Origin: an uncultured Verrucomicrobiae bacterium
GTDB lineage: Bacteria > Verrucomicrobiota > Verrucomicrobiia > Chthoniobacterales > JAFAMB01
DNA length: 64,000 nucleotides
Assembly (NCBI GenBank): GCA_963762565.1
Contig: CAVXLD010000013.1
Span: 1 to 64,000 of the forward strand
Direction: 5' to 3'
The notes under the pieces were generated by a model. The model was given only the letters and a program-made list of their open reading frames with translations, was not told the DNA's origin and made no database searches. Position 1 is the first letter of the stretch. Each line of letters opens with the position of its first letter. Shown here one piece after another: positions 9,865 to 19,954 of the stretch. A program made the position numbers and the translations under genes.

Positions 9865-10071
9865 ATGATTAAGATTTTGTTTAGGAGCAAGGTGGGTGGC
9901 CGCAGCGTCGGCCCGTTGCTCCTCCTGCTGGCAGCCGTGATTCTTAGCGGATGCGCTGGAGGGTCCAGCAACAGTGAGTACGTGAATCCGTCGCGGCCCG
10001 AGAACTATGACCAACAAGAGACAGGTTACGAGAAACCTTGGCCGTTCGGCGACCTCGGCAACGGTCATTGA
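9865..10071 (+). CDS. Small lipoprotein 2 with WPFG motif
   Basis: Lipobox LSGC; YDQQETGYEKPWPFG. Confidence 0.8.
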   Translation: MIKILFRSKVGGRSVGPLLLLLAAVILSGCAGGSSNSEYVNPSRPENYDQQETGYEKPWPFGDLGNGH

Positions 10072-10127
10072 GGGGAAGCAGTTGGCGATGGGCTGAAATC
10101 ACGTTATGCTCGAATTGAGGAATCGTG

Positions 10128-10401
10128 ATGAATCGCAGCATGTTTTTTCTGGGCTGGAACCAACGAATCACAAAACGCCTCGGGCGTTTGGGCGTACTCG
10201 GGCGCGCCTGCTTGTTTGATACTCTGTTGCGTAGCGGCAGTTTCCGCTGAAGTGGCTTGCACTTCTAATGCGAACGTCGCTGCGCGCAACCGTTGGAATG
10301 GAGTCAAGATGGGGGCTTCGGTGTATGATGCTCGGACTCGAGATTTTGAAAAACCTTGGCCGTTTGGCACCGCTGCCGGCTCTGGAGGGAATTTCAACTG
10401 A
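10128..10401 (+). CDS. Small (lipo)protein 3 with WPFG motif; apparent frameshift near 10215, or TTG start at 10216
   Basis: YDARTRDFEKPWPFG in the frame of 10216; ATG 10128 with GAGGA RBS lies in another frame. Confidence 0.65.
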
Positions 10402-10410
10402 AGCAAACGA

Positions 10411-11277
10411 ATGGATCCTGCAAAGGCTGACGTAGCAGTAAAATCAACCACTGTTGGTGGCGCCGTCGCCGAGAGCACCGCGGAGGTGAGATCGGTCACG
10501 CGAACCGATGAGTTTCCAAAGACAACCATTGTCGATGTTGAATCCGTTGATTTCCATTATGGCCAGTCCAAGGCATTACATGGAGTCAGCCTGAAAATAC
10601 CGGAGAAGCAGGTTACCGCTTTTATCGGACCTTCTGGTTGTGGCAAATCCACGCTACTTCGTTGCTTCAACCGGATGAACGATCTAATCGATCATGCCAG
10701 AGTGACGGCCGGCCATATCCGAATTAAGGGAGCCGACATTAATGCTGCCGCCGTGGATGTGATTGAGCTGCGCAAGCAGGTTGGTATGGTCTTCCAAAAG
10801 TCGAATCCGTTTCCAAAGTCGATTTACGAGAACATTGCTTACGGCTTACGGATTTCCGGAGTTAAAGATCGGGACACGATCGATGGTGTCGTTGAGCAAA
10901 GTTTACGCGGAGCTGCTCTTTGGGACGAGGTAAAGAATCGTCTTCATGAGAGCGCGCTGAGCCTCTCAGGTGGTCAGCAACAGCGGCTTTGTATCGCTCG
11001 CGCGATAGCGGTTAAGCCCAGCGTGATTCTTATGGATGAACCCTGCTCGGCCCTGGACCCAATCGCGACGGCGAAGGTCGAGGAGCTGATCTTTGCGTTC
11101 AAGGATCAATTCACGATCGTCATCGTAACGCACAACATGCAGCAAGCGACGCGCTGTTCTGACTTCACCGCCTTCTTTTATCTCGGCCACCTGATCGAGT
11201 ACGATCGGACCGAGCAATTGTTTACCAATCCGACCCAGAAACAGACTGAGGATTATATTTCAGGGCGATTCGGTTAG
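10411..11277 (+). CDS. pstB: Phosphate ABC transporter ATP-binding protein
   Basis: [61 protein letters not shown]. Confidence 0.97.
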   Translation: MDPAKADVAVKSTTVGGAVAESTAEVRSVTRTDEFPKTTIVDVESVDFHYGQSKALHGVSLKIPEKQVTAFIGPSGCGKSTLLRCFNRMNDLIDHARVTAGHIRIKGADINAAAVDVIELRKQVGMVFQKSNPFPKSIYENIAYGLRISGVKDRDTIDGVVEQSLRGAALWDEVKNRLHESALSLSGGQQQRLCIARAIAVKPSVILMDEPCSALDPIATAKVEELIFAFKDQFTIVIVTHNMQQATRCSDFTAFFYLGHLIEYDRTEQLFTNPTQKQTEDYISGRFG

Positions 11278-11305
11278 CCTGCATTTATCAGCGATGCAGG
11301 CTTTT
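11276..11305. terminator. Hairpin terminator between convergent pstB and tamA
   Basis: AGCCTGCAT...ATGCAGGCT followed by TTT. Confidence 0.55.
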
Positions 11306-13565
11306 AAAACGCAAATCCGAAGCTGAGATTGAACGCTCCAAACGAGTCGTTTTTCCGCGGCGCCGGGTTGACGCCGTAATCGACCCGAATGGGACCTACC
11401 GGCAGGTTGTACCGCAAACCCACTCCAATGCCGGTACTGAAATTATCGAAGGGAGAATTTCCCAAGCCGCCGGAATCGAAAAACACAGCGCCGATGACGC
11501 CGGCGTAGATGGGGAAATCGTCTTCCACATTAAAAATCGAGCGGGTCAATCCTCCTAAGGGATTGTTCCCGATGTCCCTAGGGCCAAGATGTCGTTCCAG
11601 GAAACTGCGCACGGTTGTGGCGCCACCGCTGAAGAGCCTTTCTTCGATCGGAATTGCCAGGTAGCCGCCTTGGGATGGGAAAATGCCGGCAAAGCGCACG
11701 CCTGCCGCTAAAACTGTTGGGCCCACCGGTATGTAAAGAGAGAATCGTTCGGTGAGCGTCGCATAGTTGACGTAATTCCGGAGAAGCTCAGAATCCGAGG
11801 CCGTTAACTCGAGAATCCAGCCTTTGCGAGGATTTAGGGGATTGTCTCTTTTGTCGATCGTTTGGCTGAGCCCAAAAGTAACCAACTCATAGCTAGTCGG
11901 TCCTACGAGCGATTCCGGCGTAATGTCGATCTGACTCAGGTTTGCGTTCCGCAGCTGCAAGAATACACCGGTCTGATATTCCTTTGAACCGGTCGTCAGC
12001 GTCTTCCCATATTTCGCGGTCAGGTTCGCCCGGATATATTCATCAACAAACGTGTACCCGTACAAACTCTGATCCTCGATCCCTACCTCGGTCTGGAAAT
12101 CAAGATTAGTGTTAAAGAGCCAAGGGTCTTCGTAGGAGACTTTTGCTTTTGGACCGCGCCCGGTGATCTCTGCGGACGCGGAAAGGATATGGCCTTCGCC
12201 CCCAACGTCGAGATCGGAAAAATTGCCGCCGAAAATAACGCCGTAAAAAGTGTCGTAACCACCGAATATGCCAAAGTACTTCTGCTTGGACTCTACGGAA
12301 TTGAGAGTGAGTTGAACGGTGTCATCCGGCAAGGGCGTCTCCTGAAAATCGAGCGAGTCGAACAACCCGGTGGAGATCATTTGGGTATCGAGTTCCTGCA
12401 GTTTTAACGGACTGTAGCTTTGCCCCATGAGCGGTTGGAAACGATTAGGCAGGAAATCAGGCTTCAGTCTGGCCTTGGGTCTTTGCTGGACGACGATGCG
12501 GCCGAATGTGTAAACCGGGCCAGGCTGGATGTTAACCTTGACTGGGACAGCTCCTGCTTTTGCGGTAGCGATGTCAGCGCTAACTGAAACCTGAGCGGTG
12601 ACATGTCCGTACTGCTTCAAAATGAACAGAATATCGCGCTGTAAAGTGCTAACTGCGGCATCGGAATAAGGTTTCGGTGGCACAGTCAATTCATTGGCCT
12701 TCGCTTGAAATGCCGATGCCGGAATGCTTGGAACATCCGGAAAATCAATAGTTCCGAATACAAATTTCTGACCTTCTTTGATCGTCACTGTGACATCGAC
12801 TTCATCCAGTGCTTTATCGAATTGATATTGTAACGGCTCGATCTGCACATTCGGGAATCCTTCCGAGATATAGTAGTTCTTTACGAGCCCACTTCCGGTT
12901 TCAAGGTCCGCTTGGACGAAAGGTAGCTGCTTTTTGAACTGAGAGAACCGGGCTCGGGTTGTGCCAATCATATCGTCGTTGAGCGAATTGGCAGGGAAAC
13001 TCGAGTTACCAGCGAAATTGATTTTACCCAGTTTGTAGTACTGCCCCTCCGTAATGTTTAACTTCAATTCTCGTTCCCGAATTTGGTAAGCAACATTCAC
13101 GTCAGGATACCCGTTACGCCGATAGAACACCTCGAGATAGTAAGCGGTATCGTCAGCCAGGGGCGCAGTCAGGCCTTCGTTGCGAATCGATAACAGCGGA
13201 TCCGCCAGCGCTTGTCGGAGTTGGTCCTGAGTGAAGTGCTCGTTACCGGTGAACACCACTCGAGAGGCAGTCTCTGGCGGCGGGCTGGGCGCTAACTGAG
13301 TGGTCGCGGCAGCCTCTTGAGCCTTGCTCTGGGCTAGAGTGGTGGCCGGCAGCGCGCATAGCGCGTAAATGCATAGGCATTTACGCGCTATGCGCGCTAT
13401 GACCGAAGCATAATCCCTAAAGGCGGGACTATGCGTCGGTTTATGATGGCGAGATTTGCAACTCATTACTTCCAAAACAGAGCAGTAGAAGGATGCTCCG
13501 CATACCGGAGCATTCTTCTGCCATAGCCCGAATGGCTCACCAATGCATGCGCATTGGTGAGCCAT
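11304..13565 (-). CDS. tamA: Omp85 BamA/TamA-family outer-membrane protein (start uncertain)
   Basis: POTRA-like repeats, GGATTVRSF, GLRYNLPVGPIRVD, C-terminal FGFAF; adjacent to tamB. Confidence 0.85.
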   Translation of the reverse strand: MAHQCACIGEPFGLWQKNAPVCGASFYCSVLEVMSCKSRHHKPTHSPAFRDYASVIARIARKCLCIYALCALPATTLAQSKAQEAAATTQLAPSPPPETASRVVFTGNEHFTQDQLRQALADPLLSIRNEGLTAPLADDTAYYLEVFYRRNGYPDVNVAYQIRERELKLNITEGQYYKLGKINFAGNSSFPANSLNDDMIGTTRARFSQFKKQLPFVQADLETGSGLVKNYYISEGFPNVQIEPLQYQFDKALDEVDVTVTIKEGQKFVFGTIDFPDVPSIPASAFQAKANELTVPPKPYSDAAVSTLQRDILFILKQYGHVTAQVSVSADIATAKAGAVPVKVNIQPGPVYTFGRIVVQQRPKARLKPDFLPNRFQPLMGQSYSPLKLQELDTQMISTGLFDSLDFQETPLPDDTVQLTLNSVESKQKYFGIFGGYDTFYGVIFGGNFSDLDVGGEGHILSASAEITGRGPKAKVSYEDPWLFNTNLDFQTEVGIEDQSLYGYTFVDEYIRANLTAKYGKTLTTGSKEYQTGVFLQLRNANLSQIDITPESLVGPTSYELVTFGLSQTIDKRDNPLNPRKGWILELTASDSELLRNYVNYATLTERFSLYIPVGPTVLAAGVRFAGIFPSQGGYLAIPIEERLFSGGATTVRSFLERHLGPRDIGNNPLGGLTRSIFNVEDDFPIYAGVIGAVFFDSGGLGNSPFDNFSTGIGVGLRYNLPVGPIRVDYGVNPAPRKNDSFGAFNLSFGFAF

Positions 13566-13571
13566 TCGGGC

Positions 13572-16500
13572 TTAACGGAAGCGAATAAGGTACCGCAGTT
13601 GTCCACTGACGTTTCCGATGGAGCCGAATTCGGCAACTACCTGCCAGCTCTTCGTGATATTGAAACGAGCGCTGATGTCCTGAGACCCAACCTTTTGGCC
13701 AGGAATCACATCCACTTCCAGACGATTGAGAAGGTCTTGTTGTTGCTGGTTACCACCTCCTTTGAAGATCTTGGAATAAAGCTGGCGAATCACCAGAAAA
13801 GCCGCTCGGCCGGCCAGTAAGCTTGGGTCTTGGACAAATTCGGAGGACGTCGCCCCAGTTGCCAAAAGGGTAGCAATATCTCCTTGAGTCAGCGGCGGAG
13901 AGCTATCGAAGAGAATTTTGAAGTTGGAAACCGCTCCATAGATACGCATGGTGATATCGTAGTCACGGACAGTCGAACGGCCGATGATGTTCAACTCGGG
14001 GTCCAGCGGGTTGCCGCCGGAGTTGAAATTAACGTAACTGTTGCTGATATCCATGTGGCTGAAAGGGAGCGAGGCTGTCAGCTGCTCGATCTTGGCATAG
14101 CCGGTCACCGCCGGTTTTTGACCGGTACCACTGACCTGGATCTTAATCACCACCGAACCGCGAGCGAGGTTACTCTGGATCTTGAATGGGTCCGCCGTCT
14201 CAACCGAGATATTGAACTTCCAATTATTGAATGGCGGCGTGTCGACGGAGATATTCGGAGGCGTCTTTGGCGGCTGAGGCGCAGGCTGGCCAGGTAGATT
14301 AAGTGGCAGAATATCAATGTCCTGGAAAAAGCGGCTATTGGTAATTGCGATCCGACCATCAACTTCTCCAGCCGAAAGTGGTCCTTTGATCGTTAGATCC
14401 ACGTTGCTGCGCACAATGATATTGTCGCTACGCGTCACTAGAATCTGAGTGCCGTGGACAGTGATATTAAAGTTCGGGTCGGTGCCCTTAGATAGGTCAA
14501 TGGATCCACTGACATTAAATGGACCGCCTGCTGCTTCTCCTTTTAGTTGGGTCAAATCGACCCGATTCTCGCGGAAATTGATCTGAGTGACAAAGTTGGA
14601 AACTGGCGGCACCAGCTCGGTCTGCGCGCGTGCCTGCGCAATGTTGGCATGAAGCTCTCCTTGCACACTCGGCTTTGCCAACGTGCCCGCGACATCCACG
14701 CTGATGCCCGCTCGCCCTTCGATCGAGCGAATTTCCGGGATCACTCGGCGTAGAAAACTTAAGCTGGTATCAGGCCATTTGACGGTTGCTTGGATCGGGG
14801 TGTTCTGATCCAAGCTTCCAGTTTTCACGATCTGCGGAAAATCGATTGCCAGTTTGCCCGCGATCTGGAGAGGCTGAACGTCGGCTTGCTTAACCGAACC
14901 GTTGAGGGTCAGGACCTTGTTGTTTAAGTTAACTGCAATTTGGAGGCTTGCGGCCGCGAACGCAGAGGCGGCGGCCGACCGCAAATCGGTGGCCTCGAGA
15001 TTCAAAATGATACTTGGATTGTTCGTGTCGCCGGTTGCTTGCAAGGTCAACTGGCCAACTCCATCGACGACCGGTTTTCCGGTCTGAAAATCCGCCAGGC
15101 TCACTTTATCTGTTCGCAAATCCACACTGATCGGTTGGCCGATTGCGATCGGAATCTTGGACCCGCTTTGGAAATCGAGTGGGAGAGTTGCTGTGCCGGT
15201 AAGCTGATGGTTGTGGGTTTTTGCTATCAATCCCGTCACTTCCAGAATCTTGGGAGTGACATGGAGTGACATAGCGAGACTCCCCAGCGGCGAGGTGATC
15301 TTGATGTTAGGCAGGTTGCCGTCCAACGCCTGGTAAGTTCCTGATACTTCCGCGTCAATATGCTGGAATTGTTTTACCGTGATCTCCGTTCCCCGAATCT
15401 CTAAGTGACCGTTGGACGGGTTGGGCGGTTCCGTGGAGCGCTGCCTCGCTTGCGAGGCCGACCCGGTCGGGACCGTGGAGTTTCCCGGTTCCTGTTTTTG
15501 TGGCCCGCCGGTCTGCCCTAGTTCATCTGCCAGCGCTAGCTCTCCGGTTCCGCCCCAGTTGACTGTGAGCTTTCCTCCTAACCCAAGGTCTTGATGGAAC
15601 GCACGCAGCAGCGGGTTGAGAAATCCTAGATCGTCCAGCTCGATATCAGCGCGTCCGGAGTATGGAAATTTGGAGCTTATTTTTCCTGCCCCGGACATGT
15701 CGATGTGGTTCTTCTGATCAAACAGGATCTTCAAGACCGAGAGATTAACGTCGTCGTTAGCGGACGAGCCTTGGACCAATAATTGTTGAATCGTAAGGCC
15801 GCGGAACCCGATCTTGTCCCCGGATATCGATAGTTGGACTGAGTTGGGAACGTCCTTCGCCGTGCCGGCAGCCTGAAGGCTGAGCGCGAGTTTCCCAGCC
15901 AGATCAGCGCCCGCAACATAATTGGATAAGAACGGATTGAAGAGGCGCAAATCCTGAAGCGCAATCTTGCTGTCCAGATGATATCGGAATGGATCCGCCA
16001 AGTCGACCGCCCCCCCGATATCGATCGAGTTCGAAGCATCTAGGTCGATCGTTCCTTTAGAAACATCGATGTGATCGTGAGCGAAGTTCAATTCGAGGTC
16101 CACCGTTTGCGCCGTTAAACCTCGGTAGCTCACCGAACTTCCTTGGACCGCGATTTTTCCGTCTGGCTCCAAGTTCTGTACTGTGACAACGCCGCCCACA
16201 GAAAATGCTCCTAGGATGCTGGGATCACTTAGAAAATCGTTCAGCGAATGGATATCGACCGCGAGCCGGCCAGTAATCGTCCGCAGGTCCAAGGCCGTCT
16301 GTGGTTTGGGAATCGGTACCGTAGCGGAAAGTTTGATGGAGCTCGGCGCCGCGAGGATTTGCGTGGTTAGGTCAATGCTAGCGGTGTTGCCGAGTTTAGC
16401 ATCGACCCGCATTTCGGGAACCCGAATATCTTGATAATGAATGGTTGAAGTTGCCGCGAAGAGTACAGCCGCAATGGAGTCGGTCCAGTTCTCTCCTATC

Positions 16501-17819
16501 GGGAGTACCCCGGCGATGTACCCTTCTGCTCGAGGCGCTTCAACCACACATCCGGCCGCCTTAAGCGGCTCGGCGCTCAAGCTGAAACCGCCGGAAAGAG
16601 AGCCTTTGTCTATCGCGACGCACCCAGTAATTAGCGCGGCGGTCTCGATTTGCGGAACGAACGTCTGGGGTTCAGGCAACCAGCAGGCCAGCCCTAGCTC
16701 CGCTCGCAGTTCGGTCGAAAATCGCGTCCAGTCTGTCGGAAGTGTGTAGCTACCCGATGCATGCGCAAGATTTTGACCTGCCCGAGCCGCTAGCTCGAGA
16801 GACCGGCTTTTCCCTTGAAAAAGTTCAGTTTCAAATTGGCCTGAATCGACGGTGTATTTGTCCCAATGGACCTGTTCCGCTTTTACCTGCGCCGCACCCG
16901 AGAATTCGCTGGGCCGACGGACGTCGCCTGAAACCTGCAGATTTATCGACGTTAATTCCCCTTCCAGTCGTTGCGGTAGGAGCTTCTGGAGGGCCGCGAG
17001 ATCAGCTCCATCAACTTGTACCTTAACCGAGAAAGGGGCCCGAAACTGATTCCCTGCTTGTTCTTGAGCGATCGCCCCGTCGAGCCGCAATTTTCCTTGG
17101 AGAAGTGTCCCGTCCAAGTTAATCGCGCCTGCGCCTTTTGTCGTGTGGCTTAGGTCGGCCGTCATTTCGTTAAGTGAAACGTACGGAGGCAGCTGCAGGC
17201 CGGTAATCCGGAGAGTGTTATTGGATTCGCTAATGAAAGCGCGCAGGTTATCCCAGCTTCCCAGAACAGGAATGGCGACGTGCGCGCAAGACAAAACTCC
17301 AGTCTCTCCTCGCCGGAACTGAAGCCCGGTGTCCAGAATTTCCAACCTGCCCGCCGGGAGACGAAGCGTGAAATTGAAGTTTTGAATATCCGTTTTATAA
17401 GGAAGCACCAAAGGGAATCGAATTAGCTGGGGAGGCTTCCGTTTGCGGGTGAAGGGTCGAATGACCAGCTGAACATCTCGCACCACGATCACGTCAACAA
17501 TGTCCGCGATCCGATTTTGAAATATGCGTCCTGGATTGTAGTGAGCTGCGATCCTTTTTACGACCAGTTGCTCGATTGGGAAGACCGTGTTCCCCGGCTT
17601 TGGTCTAACTTCGACGTCTTCCAAAGTCAGGTCGGTGAAGATGGATCCGTGAACTTTGAATTGGATCTCCAGGTTTTGTGAGTTGGCGACTTGCTGCGCG
17701 ATGAAGTGAGCCAGCCCGAAAAAAATGGGCTGGTAAAATATGACGGATAATAGAAGTCCCAGGATTGTCCCGCTAAGGATGTACCTTAGCCAACGGGTGC
17801 GATTGGGGTGGGCCGCCAT
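13572..17819 (-). CDS. tamB: Translocation and assembly module TamB (DUF490)
   Basis: 1415 aa, N-terminal anchor, beta-rich body, C-terminal DPELNI..FDSSPPLTQGDIATLLATG. Confidence 0.88.
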   Translation of the reverse strand: MAAHPNRTRWLRYILSGTILGLLLSVIFYQPIFFGLAHFIAQQVANSQNLEIQFKVHGSIFTDLTLEDVEVRPKPGNTVFPIEQLVVKRIAAHYNPGRIFQNRIADIVDVIVVRDVQLVIRPFTRKRKPPQLIRFPLVLPYKTDIQNFNFTLRLPAGRLEILDTGLQFRRGETGVLSCAHVAIPVLGSWDNLRAFISESNNTLRITGLQLPPYVSLNEMTADLSHTTKGAGAINLDGTLLQGKLRLDGAIAQEQAGNQFRAPFSVKVQVDGADLAALQKLLPQRLEGELTSINLQVSGDVRRPSEFSGAAQVKAEQVHWDKYTVDSGQFETELFQGKSRSLELAARAGQNLAHASGSYTLPTDWTRFSTELRAELGLACWLPEPQTFVPQIETAALITGCVAIDKGSLSGGFSLSAEPLKAAGCVVEAPRAEGYIAGVLPIGENWTDSIAAVLFAATSTIHYQDIRVPEMRVDAKLGNTASIDLTTQILAAPSSIKLSATVPIPKPQTALDLRTITGRLAVDIHSLNDFLSDPSILGAFSVGGVVTVQNLEPDGKIAVQGSSVSYRGLTAQTVDLELNFAHDHIDVSKGTIDLDASNSIDIGGAVDLADPFRYHLDSKIALQDLRLFNPFLSNYVAGADLAGKLALSLQAAGTAKDVPNSVQLSISGDKIGFRGLTIQQLLVQGSSANDDVNLSVLKILFDQKNHIDMSGAGKISSKFPYSGRADIELDDLGFLNPLLRAFHQDLGLGGKLTVNWGGTGELALADELGQTGGPQKQEPGNSTVPTGSASQARQRSTEPPNPSNGHLEIRGTEITVKQFQHIDAEVSGTYQALDGNLPNIKITSPLGSLAMSLHVTPKILEVTGLIAKTHNHQLTGTATLPLDFQSGSKIPIAIGQPISVDLRTDKVSLADFQTGKPVVDGVGQLTLQATGDTNNPSIILNLEATDLRSAAASAFAAASLQIAVNLNNKVLTLNGSVKQADVQPLQIAGKLAIDFPQIVKTGSLDQNTPIQATVKWPDTSLSFLRRVIPEIRSIEGRAGISVDVAGTLAKPSVQGELHANIAQARAQTELVPPVSNFVTQINFRENRVDLTQLKGEAAGGPFNVSGSIDLSKGTDPNFNITVHGTQILVTRSDNIIVRSNVDLTIKGPLSAGEVDGRIAITNSRFFQDIDILPLNLPGQPAPQPPKTPPNISVDTPPFNNWKFNISVETADPFKIQSNLARGSVVIKIQVSGTGQKPAVTGYAKIEQLTASLPFSHMDISNSYVNFNSGGNPLDPELNIIGRSTVRDYDITMRIYGAVSNFKILFDSSPPLTQGDIATLLATGATSSEFVQDPSLLAGRAAFLVIRQLYSKIFKGGGNQQQQDLLNRLEVDVIPGQKVGSQDISARFNITKSWQVVAEFGSIGNVSGQLRYLIRFR
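15432..15461. repeat. REP-like 30-bp repeat in-frame within tamB
   Basis: 28/30 identical to the reverse complement of 30678-30707. Confidence 0.8.
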
Positions 17820-17883
17820 GCGATCAAGCTTGCAACATCTCGACGCTCTCTGAGGGGTCCTCAGAAGAAAGAAAGTCCCTCAG

Positions 17884-18735
17884 ATGATATCGTCGCCAAA
17901 ACATTGGCACTGGATACAGTTCTGCAAGCGGCGATTTGGACTTTTCGCACAGAACGTTGGAAGAGCGATCCAGAGGTATGGTCGGATCAACGGGGAGCAA
18001 TGCGCAGCCTCCTTTGCTTATTACGCTTTCTTTTCGCTTTTTCCGCTCATCCTCACGTGTGTGGCCTCGTTGACGTTCTCTGTGCGGGATCGGGAAGCGA
18101 CAGCCACAGAGATCCTGATTCAGGTAGACCAATATCTGCCCTTGCCACAGACCGATCGGCTTTTGCTTCTGCACACCGTACAAGGAGTGATACAACATGG
18201 TTTGGGAGCCGGCTTGCTCGGATTTCTGGTCCTGATCTGGAGTGCCTTACGTTTTTCCCAAGCTCTAGTGATCGGGGTCAATCGGGCTTGGGAATTGGCA
18301 GATTACAACTGGTGGAAACTTCCGCTGAAGAACCTTCTGATGATCGGTATCGTAGTAAGTGCAATCGCACTTGGTCTGGTTACGCCGTTAGCGTTCGACA
18401 GGCTCGCCGAATTTTTAGCTTGGGGAAATGTGGTGACTCATATCTTCGCCAGTATCCTACCCACGTTGGTCCTCTTTTACAGCCTGCTTTTGTTCTACGT
18501 CCTGGCTCCACGAAGGAACGTTCGGTTTGCAGTGGCCTGGCCTGCTGCCCTGATCGGCACAATCGCCCTAGAGCTGGCGCGATACCTGTTCGGGATTTAT
18601 CTAACGCGAATCGCCCATTTCAATGCCGTTTACGGCGCGTTCGGCTCCATTATGGCGCTATTGTTCTGGATCTACATCTCTGGGGTCATCGTCATCTTTT
18701 GCGGATGTTTGGCAGCCACGGCTCGCTCGCCTTAG
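17884..18735 (+). CDS. YihY/BrkB-family membrane protein
   Basis: AASFAYYAFFSLFP, YGAFGSIMALLFWIY, multiple TM segments. Confidence 0.92.
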   Translation: MISSPKHWHWIQFCKRRFGLFAQNVGRAIQRYGRINGEQCAASFAYYAFFSLFPLILTCVASLTFSVRDREATATEILIQVDQYLPLPQTDRLLLLHTVQGVIQHGLGAGLLGFLVLIWSALRFSQALVIGVNRAWELADYNWWKLPLKNLLMIGIVVSAIALGLVTPLAFDRLAEFLAWGNVVTHIFASILPTLVLFYSLLLFYVLAPRRNVRFAVAWPAALIGTIALELARYLFGIYLTRIAHFNAVYGAFGSIMALLFWIYISGVIVIFCGCLAATARSP

Positions 18736-18848
18736 GCTCGCTTCGCATGACCAATAGCCGATAGCCGATAGCCAAGCCTCGTTGAACCAACGGCATATTG
18801 GCTATGGGCTATCGGCTATCGGTCATTCTGAGCGAGCCTAAGGCGAGC
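18725..18848. repeat. Inverted element with ATAGCCG 7-mer arms
   Basis: Outer arms at 18725-18742 and 18831-18848; inner arms at 18747-18775 and 18798-18826. Confidence 0.9.
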
Positions 18849-18859
18849 TCAGACGGGGC

Positions 18860-19636
18860 TCAGAAGTAGAAGGGAATCCCCATCTGCTCAAACACCTTCT
18901 TGTTTTCCCCAAAATACTTATTCCCGAGTTCGTTGAAGCCGCCGGTCTCCTTAAACTGCTTGAGGAAGGCGTTTACCTGTTGGCGCAGCTCATCGTTTCC
19001 TTTGCGGATCCCGATCGCCCACACTTCACTCTGAAAAGGCTTAAGGATTGCTTTCGTCGTATCCTGATGGCTTTTCCAAAGCTGAAAGATTGAGATCTGA
19101 TCGTAGAGCATGCAGTCCGCTTTCCCCTGAGCTACCTCGGTTGCGCAAGTCGGTGCGTCACTAAAGGTATTAATCTTTGCGTTGTGAAAATGCTGGATCG
19201 CGTAGATATGGCCGGTAGTAGCCTTTTTTACAGCGACGGTGGCGTTGGGTTTGTCCACATCGTCGATCGATTGGATCGGGCTATTTTTATTCGCCAGGAT
19301 GGAGAGCCCCATCGTTAGATAAGGATCGCTAAAGTCAATGGACTTGGCTCGCTCCGCCGTTCTGGTCATCGATGAGATCGCCAAATCAATTTTCCCCGTC
19401 TTTAAGGAGGGGATAAGCCCATCAAAGGGGATGTTTTCGAAGCGCACCGGCCGGTGAAGATACTCTCCCATCGCTCGCGCCATATCCACACTAACACCCG
19501 CAGGCTGGCCGCTTGAATCCAGCATTTCGAACGGCGGAAACTGCATCTCCATTCCGATGATCAGCTCGTTTTCGGCGGCTCCGGCCGCTCCGGTGAGGAA
19601 AAATGCTAGCAAAAGCCCGCTGAATAGTGATTTCAC
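18860..19636 (-). CDS. Polar amino-acid ABC transporter substrate-binding protein (SBP family 3)
   Basis: Signal peptide, FPPFE, FDGLIPSLKTGKIDL, ERAKSIDFSDPY. Confidence 0.93.
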   Translation of the reverse strand: MKSLFSGLLLAFFLTGAAGAAENELIIGMEMQFPPFEMLDSSGQPAGVSVDMARAMGEYLHRPVRFENIPFDGLIPSLKTGKIDLAISSMTRTAERAKSIDFSDPYLTMGLSILANKNSPIQSIDDVDKPNATVAVKKATTGHIYAIQHFHNAKINTFSDAPTCATEVAQGKADCMLYDQISIFQLWKSHQDTTKAILKPFQSEVWAIGIRKGNDELRQQVNAFLKQFKETGGFNELGNKYFGENKKVFEQMGIPFYF

Positions 19637-19644
19637 AGGAAAAA

Positions 19645-19880
19645 TTCACCACAAAGACTCAGAGGACACAAAGAGAAAACACAGGAGCCGGAAACCAGAA
19701 TCCAGGAGTCAGGAGACGCGCCGTCGGTGGAACAGGGGCGAAACGACGCCAAAGTGGACGAAAGTGGACGCAGTGGACGTAGTGGATTCGCTCAGATTCG
19801 GCGATGGAGGGTTGTCGCTGCACTCTTGGTCCACTCTGTCGACTTAGTCCACTGAGTCCACTTACGCCCACTCGCCCCTG
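19645..19880. repeat. Composite tandem/inverted repeat (CACAAAGA-type, CAGGAGT-type and AGTGGACG / GTCCACT arms)
   Basis: Four AGTGGA(C/T) units near 19752-19787 and inverse GTCCACT units near 19829-19862. Confidence 0.75.
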
Positions 19881-19954
19881 TGCGGCCTTTTGGGACAGTC
19901 GCCGCTACCGAGAGACGAGCAACTATGGTAGCGTTCGCTGCAGCTGCACATCCA

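Noticed and set aside
17808..18764. 318-aa ORF overlapping yihY
   Set aside because: Alternative frame of a well-supported gene; Arg/Ser-rich with no motif.
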